A stretch of DNA of 63,627 bases, counting the filler, from Licmophora abbreviata (lineage: Eukaryota): assembly GCA_900291995.1 (NCBI GenBank). It is 10 parts of 10 records of this genome, joined end to end, with 100 filler letters (N's around TTAATTAATTAA, not from the genome) between each part and the next. Parts side by side here need not be neighbours in the genome. Positions count along the whole stretch, not along the records: positions 9,513 to 35,197 come from OLMU01004636.1; 9 more parts are not named here. One strand, given 5' to 3'. The notes under the pieces were generated by a model. That model worked only from the letters and a program-made list of their open reading frames with translations. It was not told the origin of the DNA and ran no database searches. A program made the position numbers and the translations under genes. This document shows positions 12,710 to 23,164 of the stretch, piece by piece; position 1 is the stretch's first letter; each line of letters starts with the position of its first letter.

Positions 12710-14438
12710 TCATGCACCGATCGATGGTTGATTACCTTCCGCCTCTTCATCGTCTTCGACAATTGAGCTCTTGGCGAGCGTTAGACACGGTCCACACTTG
12801 AGTCCCTGCTCGTGATCGTCCAGCCTTATGGTGATGAGCGTTGAAAGGATACTGCTGACGGTTCCCGCCAGAAAGCACGCAGCCATCCCGGCCACTGCAT
12901 CCGACCCCGCCAAGGATCCGAAGTTCTCTCCCACGTACGTATAGAGCAGTCCACTCCCTATAGTCCCCATCAGTCGTCCCAGTGCATTACTCATGTAGTA
13001 AAATCCAACACTGACAGCCACCTTATCCGATTTGGCGTATTTGACAACCAAGTAGGAATGAATCGATGAGTTTACGGCAAAGATGACAGCAAACGAAATG
13101 ATCACAGTAATGATCCACGCTAGCATGGCTGATTCATCGTGATCCTCAAAGGACTGTGAGAATGCCAAGACAGCGGCCATGACCGCAGTGGGGATGCAGT
13201 TGATGGCATTCCAAAGGATTTCCGTCAGTTTGTTAGGTGGTCTGGTGGCATAGACGACAGATAATCGTTGTGAGACGACGACAACCACATCCATCGCTAC
13301 ATCTAGTCCCTGCTACTCACGTTTGTCGCAAAGGCCCCGTCACCAGTTGAGGTGTCCAGCTCTGCACTTGTCCATACAAGATAATGTAACCTCCTAGAAA
13401 GGCTCCAACGACCACACGATCCAATCCAAGTCCACCACAACCACCACCCGGGTTGATGTTCGCACATAGATCGAGAGCCTCGTCACATACGGCGTTGGTA
13501 ACGCACTCGTCATTGGCATTGCATGTGTCTACCCCCAGTCCCGCACAGTCCGGGCTGCGCAGAAAGAACGGTAGCGGCACTTCAAACCAAAAGTCTCGCG
13601 AGGCAAACAGAAAGAGTCGTGCGAGCGATAAAATGTTGAGATTGTAATTGTCCATGACAAAAATCTCCCTCCATGAGGCATTCTTCGTCTTGGCCGTTCC
13701 CAGGTTCTTATCCAACCGAAGGATTACCCATGGCATGGCCAAAAGTATGAGTCCCATCATGACTCCCAGTGCCAGTTCATAGCTGACCGTGATCAAGGCA
13801 CTGCCTAGAAAGTATCCGACACCCTTCAACGAGTTTTTCCATCCCGTAATGAGCGATACGAGCTTGAACAACTGCGTGCTGCGTTCCTCGGGTGTCACAA
13901 GTTTCGTCACCGTCTTGCCTCCCAATTTTGTAAGATCCTTTGCGACGCCGGCCAGCAACTGTGCAAACGTAACATAGATTATGCTCTGCGTCTTGTTCCA
14001 GCTGTCCTGCCAGCCAAACAACATGCCATATGCTCCTAGCTGCAGAGATAATCCCAGAATGAGCGTAAACCGGATACCCCACTTGGCCCCCATGACACCG
14101 GCCGCCAGATTCGTCACGACACCGGCCAATTCGTAGAGAGTAAACATGACTGCCACTTCGAATGCACTAAAGGACTTGTTGTAGGCGTGTAAGAGTACAA
14201 TCATACGGATCGCACCATCAGTAATGGTAAAAAGAAGGTATGAAGATGAAATGATGACAAAGGGGCGCAGGGCTTCGCTCGTGGCAGCCTCCATGAAGGA
14301 TTGATGGGCGGGCTGTTCTTCCGACGTTTCGCCCTCTTGCCCGGCGGAGTTGGGACTCTTGCCATCATGGTGTGCTTTGGAGGGTATGTCGTCTTCCATG
14401 AATGAAACATTCTCGCTATTGTCAGCTTCTAATGTCAT
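12710..14438 (-). CDS. arsJ: ArsJ-type organoarsenical (1-arseno-3-phosphoglycerate) efflux MFS transporter; exons 14438-13321 and 13241-12710
   Basis: Motifs matching bacterial ArsJ as recalled: FTITDGAIRM, LYELAGVVTNL, AGVAKDLTKL, LITGWKNSLKGVGYFLG, LSLARLFLFASRDFWF, FAVNSSIHSYL, VGFYYMSNALGRLMGT; 79-nt GT-AG intron 13242-13320. Confidence 0.88.
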
Positions 14439-14966
14439 GGTACTTGGATATCTGAGAAGGGACTTTCTTCCTTGTCTTGTCACGTCAGTCGCCTTTTTCC
14501 CACTTTGAGGATCGAACTGAATCTCGACTGAATCTTGGGTTTGATGTTTCGATTTTTTGTCGTTTCTCTTCCCAGTTAGACTACAACACAGTGCAGTCAC
14601 ACCTGTTCAAAATGAAGCACGAGGAGAGAGGAAAAGTACTGTTGTCGCCAAGGAGCACTTCGCAAGGAATAGCATCGCCTCTGCCAACACAATGCATCCT
14701 CGAAACAAACAAGGTTCGAAACTGCAATCTGGAAACAAAAAAACCGCGTCCTATTTTTGTCCAAATTTTGGATGTCGTTTAAACCAAGATGACTTTAACA
14801 CGTTTTAATATTAGCGCATCTTCCTAGTGCGACATAGAATCTTCGAAACAACGTGGAATGGTGAAACCGAAAAAGATATCGGATTGCGATCCTCTCGCCA
14901 CCTTCACTCTCAACTCTCGTGCGTTGGAGCCTTCACGACAACGACTGACAGCCTCCTATAATCACC
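14439..14966. promoter_or_regulatory. Divergent promoter region shared by arsJ and GAPDH, with tandem YGAATCTH (PSR-like) motifs
   Basis: Head-to-head starts about 530 nt apart; TGAATCTC 14518-14525, TGAATCTT 14529-14536, AGAATCTT 14836-14843. Confidence 0.6.
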
Positions 14967-16022
14967 ATGGTCAAGTGCGCAGTCAATGGTTTCGGCCGCA
15001 TCGGCCGTTTGGTCTTTCGCTATGCATGGGACGATCCGACTCTCGAGATTGTCCATGTGAACGATCTCTGCTCCTGCGAAAGTGCCGCGTACCTCGTCCA
15101 GTACGACTCTGTGCATGGCACCTGGGACAAGACTGTCGAAAAGAAGGAAGACAGCAGTGGTTTCACTGTCGACGGAACTCTCGTCACTTTCAGTTCCGAA
15201 AAGGACTTTACGCAGGTCGACTATGCCGCCATGGGAGTCGAGCTCGTCATGGAGTGCACGGGCAAGTTCTTGAAGGTCGCCACGTTGCAGCCCTATTTTG
15301 ACACGTGCGGTGTCAAGCAAGTCGTCGTCAGCGCTCCCGTCAAGGAAGCTGGCGCCTTGAACGTAGTCTTGGGCTGCAATCATACCAAACTGAGTAACGA
15401 AACGACGCTCGTGACGAACGCCTCCTGTACTACCAACTGTCTGGGGCCTGTTGTCAAGGTGATTCAGGAGAATTTTGGTATCAAGCATGGCTGCATCACC
15501 ACTATTCATGATGTGACTGGTACGCAGACCATTGTGGATATGCCCAATACCAAAAAGAGTGACTTGCGACGTGCCCGCAGCGGCATGGTCAATCTCGTTC
15601 CGACCAGCACCGGCAGTGCGACTGCCATTGTCGAGATTTATCCCGAACTCAAGGGCAAACTAAATGGACTGGCGGTCCGAGTGCCACTGCTCAATGGTAG
15701 TCTGACAGATTGTGTCTTTGAAGTGAACAAGAAAGTAACGAAGGAAGAAGTCAATGCCGCCTTAAAGGCGGCGTCCGAGAGCGGGCCTTTGAAGGGCATT
15801 TTGGGCTATGAAACGAAACCCCTCGTGTCGACCGACTACACCAACGACACGCGCAGTAGCATCATTGATGCTCTTTCCACCCAAGTGATTGACGATACTC
15901 TGATCAAGATCTATGCGTGGTATGACAATGAAGCTGGATACTCCAAGCGCATGGCGGAATTGTGTCACATTGTAGCGGCCATGAACATTACCAAGACGGA
16001 ATCGGAGTTCAAGTATGAATGA
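14967..16022 (+). CDS. gap: ArsJ-associated (Gap3-type) glyceraldehyde-3-phosphate dehydrogenase, cytosolic, intronless
   Basis: [17 protein letters not shown] and WYDNE motifs; the segment [14 protein letters not shown]...DLRRARS...[10 protein letters not shown]...[18 protein letters not shown] resembles ArsJ-associated/Gap3 enzymes rather than eukaryotic GapC; no targeting peptide. Confidence 0.9.
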   Translation: MVKCAVNGFGRIGRLVFRYAWDDPTLEIVHVNDLCSCESAAYLVQYDSVHGTWDKTVEKKEDSSGFTVDGTLVTFSSEKDFTQVDYAAMGVELVMECTGKFLKVATLQPYFDTCGVKQVVVSAPVKEAGALNVVLGCNHTKLSNETTLVTNASCTTNCLGPVVKVIQENFGIKHGCITTIHDVTGTQTIVDMPNTKKSDLRRARSGMVNLVPTSTGSATAIVEIYPELKGKLNGLAVRVPLLNGSLTDCVFEVNKKVTKEEVNAALKAASESGPLKGILGYETKPLVSTDYTNDTRSSIIDALSTQVIDDTLIKIYAWYDNEAGYSKRMAELCHIVAAMNITKTESEFKYE

Positions 16023-16432
16023 GTGAGTGACCTGTCGAGCGTGCGACAGCCTAGGAATGGATGCATATGCTTCTTATACCAAGAACAGTTATACCAGTTT
16101 AAATTCCTTTCAATGTGTACACCTTAGGCTAATTATACCTCTAAGGTCTGTTCTATCGTACCGGGTAGTGTAGAGCTCTCTCGTCGTCCTTCGCGCGTTC
16201 GCCTCGAGTGTATCCGCATACTGGTACAAAAGCTAATGTAGAAAGTACGTACATACATTCTACGTGGAAGCTGGTACGAGGTGCCAGAATCTTTCCCGCT
16301 GCGTTGTTTTCCAAGACGACGCTTTTTTTTGTGCGCACCCCGCTAAGATACAATGGTGAAGAAGCCTTGAAGTTCTGTCGTTTGTTTTGTCATTCCACAC
16401 GCAAGTAGAGTGCATCGAAACTACCGCCCATC

Positions 16433-18048
16433 ATGGCTGCTATCGCCCGTCCTACCGAAGCAACCTACGTGACTCATGAGCAAGTGACGGTGGATACGGC
16501 TGGTACGGCGAGGATGATTAGCAATCTCAGTTTGAAACGTATTGTTCTTTTTGAGATCTCATCAGACTAACAAAATCTTGTTCTTGCCTTCTCTTCTGAT
16601 TCCGTGTCGTCTGCAGACCACGAAGATCATACTTTTTGGTACGTCTCATCGAAAACTTATTGCTTGGGAGGGCCGACTGTTCTCCTTCTCATCGCTTTCT
16701 TTTCGCTCTCACCATCACCAAACTTCACAGTGGCATTATGTTTCCAGTCAAGTGCAAAGAGCTCGTACCTGTCGATCATATCGTCATTACAAGCGTAGCC
16801 GTTCGTGGAAATCTTGGTCCTTTGACGGTCTGGGTTTCGAACGAGGACGATCCGGCTCATCAGGACAACTCCTTCCGCGTCATGGCGCAGCACTGGACGA
16901 AAATATACGAACGCACGCATCCTCCGTCTCGTCGTCACTACTGCCAGCTTGATTTGAGTCACAGTCCCATTCGTCTCCGTCCAGGACAGGTCAGAGCCAT
17001 TTATGTCCATTCCACACTTCCTGGGGTAAGTTTTTTGGAAGGCTCTTTTGTCAAATGTAGAGGAGAGCTTGTGGATGCACTCACGCTAACAGTGTCCACG
17101 TTCCTTTCTTATCATTTCATTGCATTGCATCAGGACGAAGCGATCGTGTACGACAATCGTCATTCGCGTCGTACGTACGACGACGCTCTGATCAGTCTCT
17201 TACCAGGACGCGCTCACGTCTCGGAACGCCCGTTCGGAACGATGCCCATTTGGGGATGGGGCAATCCGTGGCGCGACGAACGTGAATTCGTCGGCCGCAT
17301 CGAATACGGGGCCGTGTTTCGGTTGTGGAATCCGAATGAATTTCGGATTTTTGGAGATCGCTTCCAGCAGCTCACGCGGACTCTGTTCCTATGTCAGCGA
17401 CGATGGGAATCCAACATGTCGCGACTTCCTGACGATTGTATCTTTTACATTCTCAACATGTGTCGTTGGGATTGGGCGGGAGATACGGCGGCGACGATGA
17501 AGGATATGCATCGGCGTAGGAAGTCGATACAACTTGCGTCGGAAGAAGTGGCGATGGCTGATGCGATTCCATTCGATATGGATGTAGAAGAAGAAGACGG
17601 AGAAGCAGAGGTACAGGCGAGCTCGTGTTGTCAGCGGACGGCGTCGGCACTGAATGAGAGTGACGAGTCGGAATATGAAGAGGCACAGGAGGATGACGGC
17701 GAAGAAGAAGATGAAGATGATCTTTACGAGGACGAGGAGGGAAACGTGTATCGTGTAGTGGAGGCTGCAGAGGATGTTGATATCGAGGAAGACGTTGACG
17801 AGGAGATTGACGAAGATGATGACGACGACGACGACGACGACGAGGATTGGGACGAAGATGACTTTGGGTTTGGTGGCCACCGAAATCACACTTTCTCTTA
17901 CAGAGATGATGACTCGGACGAGGAAGATCGAAGAGTAAGTTCCTACGAACGGGGTAGGCGCGCGTGGATACGTCGCCAGTTCGCTCGCGTTCAAGTTCTG
18001 CAGGTATTGAACGCACGCGCTCGTGACATGGACGATTCGAGCACGTGA
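16433..18048 (+). CDS. Multi-exon hypothetical protein with a long Asp/Glu-rich C-terminal region
   Basis: GT-AG introns at 16503-16616, 16639-16730 and about 17026-17132 give a continuous frame; globular N-terminal part, then LPDDCIFYILNMC segment and acidic tail. Confidence 0.7.
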
Positions 18049-18448
18049 TCTCTTATCTCGCTGCCATGGAAGAATAGTAGAGGATGTGTGCGAACGGACT
18101 AGTCATCAGTTTTGCATTCCATAGTAGGAGAGCTTAGTACCTTATGGGAAATCGTATTTTACGTCGTGGTTTCATCTCGAAAGATTTCTATAGAGTCCTG
18201 TTCAGTCCAACGCATGTCCTTTGGTCGCATTTCACTCTCGCCCAATTAGACGGCTGTGGCAGTGCACCAGCGACGACAACGACAAGGAGGAGCTTCTCGA
18301 ACAGACAAAACACAAGGAAGAAATGCAACTGCTGCAAGGGCGAGTTACAATACTGTCCAGGGGGAGCAAGCAATGTCTACCATGCCTACATGATCTAGAG
18401 CTCACGAAAGTAAATCATATTCCGACTAGATTCATTCTACTCCTGGAT

Positions 18449-19853
18449 TCATTCAAAGTAATGAAAGATATTGTCCCACGTGGTAGCAAGTGCCAACGCC
18501 TTCATTCCTTCCTTGACAGCCGCCTGCTCCTCCTCTGTAAAGTATTCGACGTACTCTTTGCCCTTGATGAACTCGGGCGCATCGCCCTTGACTTCGAGTT
18601 CCAAAAAAGCAAACAGGGCTTGCAGCGTTTCATCAAAGTGCGTCTCGTAATCTTCATAGTGCAAAATAAAGGAGGGTATTCCCAAATTCACCTGCGTCGT
18701 GACGAATGCCAGGTTATGCCAAAAGATCCACCGGAAAAAAGTCGGCGTGGCACGGGACCGTCTTGAGAATGCTGTAGACAGTCGGATCCATCCATCGCGA
18801 TGACTCTTCCTCTTCCGCGTGTTGGGCATCGAGAAACTCGCAAAAGTTCCGAAAGCCCCGACGCGAGTTGGGAAAGGCTTCCAACTTGTCCGTTTCATTC
18901 TTTTTGGCAAGCGAGTGGAGTTCGAGGTGGAAGCGTGATACAATGTTGTCGAATGGATTGCGAATCAAATGGACGGCGCGTCCTACCAAGTGCGACGAGT
19001 ACGTGACCTCGGCGGCGTTCTGATGCCTCGTAGTGTTGTCGTCGTCCTGTAGTGCCGTGTAGGCACGGTTTCCAGTCAGACAGCGATGCAAGAAGCTGTG
19101 TGGGTTCTCAATGTACTTTTCAGGGCCACACTTTTCACAGCGGCCGCCGCAGTGTGTCTTGGTGAGCACGTACTTGGTGGGGTGCGAGAACTCGGGAACA
19201 TCGTTGATATTCGGGTCAATCCAAAAGGGACCATCGTATCGACTGCGATTGGGAAAGACTGGAATCGAATTGCCGTAAATATCGCGATTCTCGTGTCCAT
19301 AGTTGCTGGCCGTACTCATTTGACTGACATGACGAACGAGTTTGGAAGTAAAGGATGTTCCCGAGTTGGGAAAGGACATGAGCCACGCCACCCAGGGGCC
19401 GTCCGAGGTGGATGCAGAGGATAGAGAGGGAAATTTGTTGGAATGCAGTTTGAGTTTAACTTGCGTTGAATCCGTGCCAAGGAGAATAGAAGGACTGGTG
19501 TGGCAGGATCTTGTAGTCGAGGAGGATCCACTAGCAGACTGCTGTAGAGCTACTCCCAGTACAAGACCTGCACACAACCCTAGAGCCAAATGAAAGTATC
19601 CAACGGCAAATCGACGACGACACGTTTTGTTCGTTTCGGCACGTGACAAGGACGTTTCCGTCTGCAGGGCCATGCGCTCAAAGCCGTCGCCGTGGATCAT
19701 GTTGTTGTTGTAGTGATGAGATAGCGTCATGATGGGAGCTTCGAAAAGTTCGCGTTGTATAGGACGACGATCGTTCACCAGCAGTTCGATCAATGCAGTT
19801 GACTCCCACTCTCCTCGAGAGACTCCCGTTTTCAAAATGGTACCTGTTCCCAC
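18449..19853 (-). CDS. Sulfotransferase-like type II membrane protein (diatom-expanded family) with an apparent 1-nt frameshift near 18735-18740
   Basis: TM anchor, 5'-PSB loop WLMSFPNSGTSFT, LTKTHCGG, HLIRNPFDNIVSRF and LHYEDY motifs split over two frames at a T6 homopolymer. Confidence 0.75.
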
Positions 19854-20497
19854 ATGATAGATTTCGACTTCCAGCCACGGTGCGATACGCTATACCATCA
19901 CACAGCATCCTCATCCTCCTCACATCGTGGACACACACTACACACACACTGCACGGGCACGTTTTCGAAATGAGTTTCAAACTGAGAAAAATGGCGGGAA
20001 ACTGATGAGAGCTCGAGAGTTTAGCTCGTCATGTGAAGTTACGGCTAATTCGTACAGCATTTTATGTATGTACGAGATGCGTAGAGACTAGTACTTGCCA
20101 TCATCGTCCACTCGTGGTATGATACTGGTGTCACGTAGATCTCTACGCAAATGACGCCAAAAGGTCCCGTTCGGAAGTCCGACGAAGAAACAAACTCACA
20201 ACTTCAAACTCTCCTAAACTATCACCACCATGACCATGAGCAGCTCTTCCGCTTCCTCTGCCGCTTCTACAGCGCCTTCTTCTTCACGCCGACGCAAGAG
20301 CAAACGGACCAAGGCCTCTTCGACCCTGCGTCGCTCGAAGCGACATCGCAGTGATCTCTCGCGGATTTACGGAGAGGACTATGGAATTCTTCCCAGCGAC
20401 TGATCCATGGTGGCCGCTTCGGCCACGGACCGGTGCGTACAACTCGTACCGGCGCGCGCGTGTGGAGTCGTAATTTGAAACACACCGAGTCAGTCGA

Positions 20498-21202
20498 GTG
20501 AGTCGTGCCTCGTTCGTGTTTTCTCACACGATGTTCTGTTTACTACTACGATCATACTCTAGAGTACCGCTTGGCTTTGTCTGTGGCTATCCATTGAGCG
20601 GTCGTGGTGGAGAGCTCTACGGCGGCTCCATGTTTATCAAATCGGCCGCGACCGACACGCTCCAGGGCAAGGCGATTCATGCCATCAATCAACGATGGGG
20701 CGAAGATCATTGCGGTCGACATGGACGAGAAACCATTGGTATTCCCGTCTGCAAGAAAAAGTATGCGCCCTTTCATTTTACAATTCTTTCTCAACGGGAC
20801 AGTGCTACGATTCAGGTGGAGCGCATGTTTGGATGTCGTGTGCACAATACGCTACGGAAGAGTGTCATTGAACAACATGGGTGTCGACCGGGGTGGGAGC
20901 CTTTTGGGCAATGGAGTATGAGGAAGGCGTTAGAACAAGCCAGGGTCGAAACGGAGAAACTCAATACTAGTAGCGGCGTTGGAGGTAGTGATGATGCGGT
21001 GGGAGAGACGACAATGACCGATGAAGGCGTCAGTACGGATGATGAGCGGAGTAGCACTGGAAATCTTTCGATTTGTGCCAATGGAAAGTGTGCATGGAAA
21101 ATGAAAGAAAAGTATGATGACATTCATTCGGAACTTCGACATGACGACGAAGAACAAAAACTGGTATATGCCAAGCACTATCCGCCCAAGAGTATTCGAT
21201 AA
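20498..21202 (+). CDS. Hypothetical protein (exon structure uncertain)
   Basis: 234-aa open frame; possible upstream exon near 20230-20451 followed by a GT donor. Confidence 0.4.
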   Translation: MSRASFVFSHTMFCLLLRSYSRVPLGFVCGYPLSGRGGELYGGSMFIKSAATDTLQGKAIHAINQRWGEDHCGRHGRETIGIPVCKKKYAPFHFTILSQRDSATIQVERMFGCRVHNTLRKSVIEQHGCRPGWEPFGQWSMRKALEQARVETEKLNTSSGVGGSDDAVGETTMTDEGVSTDDERSSTGNLSICANGKCAWKMKEKYDDIHSELRHDDEEQKLVYAKHYPPKSIR

Positions 21203-21964
21203 ATCAGGGTAAGACACCGAACATGGACAAACAGGTTTGCGTCACATCAAAGACACAAGGTTCACAGCAACGACAAAACATCCCAATCGGTCAAGCGATT
21301 CAATTCCATGCATGGCCTTTATGCGAAAGTAGTCTGGAGTAAGCGGAAGATTTCGGTACTTCCCGAATGACTCAAAGACACGTCAACTCTATCGAGCGAC
21401 ATCTTTGATGACAGTGGAAGTGTCAATCAACAATCACCGCTTGCTTAAGTCTTACTTTTGTGGTGTAAGAAGAGACTGGTGGGCGGGAAACACTTCACAG
21501 TGTACATATAGCTAGACCTAGCAGTACTTCAAGTGTGGAGTCCCAGTATGCTGTAAAGCAAGTTGTAATAATAAGTTGCAGAATAGAGTGAGCCAAAAGA
21601 GAATTCATCCGTTTTGAAAGATGACTTTTGTGTCTCCTATTAGAAGTGCCTTGCATAGACTACCACGGTTCGTTCCAGTCTAACAAACATCCACGTTGCA
21701 CCGCGTTGTCAGTGTGCCGCAACGGGAAATTGTGTGTGCCTTCCGCGCGTGCACGCCATTCTGAAAGATACCAAAAAGGGCGCGCAGATCGTTTTTCCGT
21801 GAACCTTTTGGATCGGCCAATCAGCGTGTTCGCCGCTGCGTCTAGACTGGACTACCTTTTTTCTCGATAAACCAGCTGCTGCTGTTCTCCTTGGTCTCCG
21901 AGACGAAGATCAGAGATAAAAGGAACTGAAGAAGAAGAGCAAAACTCACCCGTCCATTGGTAGA

Positions 21965-23164
21965 ATGAAGTCGTCCCAGCGTAACGCCAGTATCTTTGCG
22001 TTGTGGTTGTTGTTTTTGGCTGCTCCTATGTTGGCCTTCCAGGTCTGTCCTGGTCGCAGCTCCATGATCAAAGGGACTTGCTATGCTTCCTCTTGTCGCC
22101 GTCCAAGCACTCATTTATCGGTCTTTCCCGAACTATTCGCTGGCATGGACGTGGCGTCATGGATGGCGGCTGGCCTTACCACCGCCGCGGTCGCTGCTAC
22201 TGTATCGTCGGGCGGGGCTTTCTCCCCCAAAACAGATCCAAAGGACGTTCTGATGAATGGAGTCGTCGTTGACGACGACGACGACGACAAGTCGAAGGAT
22301 GATGTGGTCAAACTTGATCTGGTAGAATCAAAGAATGGCGCGGCGAAGAAAGTCAACAATAACAAGAAGCAGTTGAAAGATCTGGTTGCTACGCCAGTGG
22401 CAACAGAAACGAAGAAAACCGTTGAGGCGGTCCTTGAGTCGCAGGACGAGGAATTGCTGGAGCCCGCGGAAGATCCTTCTGAAGCACAGACTATTGTCGC
22501 TGCAAGCGCGCCAGCGGCGACTGTGTCGGCTGATGCTGCAACGGGCAAGGCGTCTGCAAAAGTGGGAGCGTCTGTTCAAGCATTCTTTCGTAAGAACGAT
22601 GAACCCATTCAAGTTGTCGACATGCCGAAAGAGACGGTGTCTAAGGAACCCATCTCTAAGCTTGACTCCGTTTCGAATGGATCTGAGAAGATGCTTCAGA
22701 ACGGCGCAGCCGTGGCGACAGCTACTGTGGCAGCGGCAGCCGCTGTCCAGGTGGGACTAGAGAAGTATGCGCCCTCCTCTGCTGAGCGCGATGGACTAAC
22801 TGACGAAATTCGCGACCGCATTGAAAAACAAGCGAGGGATCAAACTCGGGCCAGAATGGAATTGAAGAAACAGAGAAAGCAGGATGAAACTGTATTCGGA
22901 AAAGTGAAAGCGAAAATGGCAGAGGACCCTTCGAGTGAGAAGCCGGGTCTCATCAAGACGGAAGACGAAGTCGTTGGAGAGGTTAAGGTGTTGAAGCTTC
23001 CAAAAGACGATAGCAAAGCTGTCGCCGTCGAAGGTGGTTCAAAGGGAGTCACGCCGATTGTCCGTCCATGGATGAAAAAGAAGCGCTCGCTGGTGGTGCT
23101 TGCGGCTGCCATTGTGATCGGGAAGCGACTAATTACTACCATCATCTCACGGGGAATCATTTAA
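21965..23164 (+). CDS. Plastid-targeted low-complexity protein with a C-terminal membrane segment
   Basis: Signal peptide ending MLA/FQV (ASAFAP-like), Ser/Arg-rich transit peptide, hydrophobic C-terminus. Confidence 0.7.
   Translation: MKSSQRNASIFALWLLFLAAPMLAFQVCPGRSSMIKGTCYASSCRRPSTHLSVFPELFAGMDVASWMAAGLTTAAVAATVSSGGAFSPKTDPKDVLMNGVVVDDDDDDKSKDDVVKLDLVESKNGAAKKVNNNKKQLKDLVATPVATETKKTVEAVLESQDEELLEPAEDPSEAQTIVAASAPAATVSADAATGKASAKVGASVQAFFRKNDEPIQVVDMPKETVSKEPISKLDSVSNGSEKMLQNGAAVATATVAAAAAVQVGLEKYAPSSAERDGLTDEIRDRIEKQARDQTRARMELKKQRKQDETVFGKVKAKMAEDPSSEKPGLIKTEDEVVGEVKVLKLPKDDSKAVAVEGGSKGVTPIVRPWMKKKRSLVVLAAAIVIGKRLITTIISRGII

Noticed and set aside
12710..16022. Bacterial contamination as the source of arsJ/GAPDH
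   Set aside because: arsJ carries a GT-AG intron and the pair is contiguous, without gaps, with eukaryotic genes
14967..16022. Ordinary glycolytic GapC or plastid GapC1
   Set aside because: No presequence, and the S-loop region (IHD...DLRRAR) differs from GapC (HA/S...DWRGGR-type)
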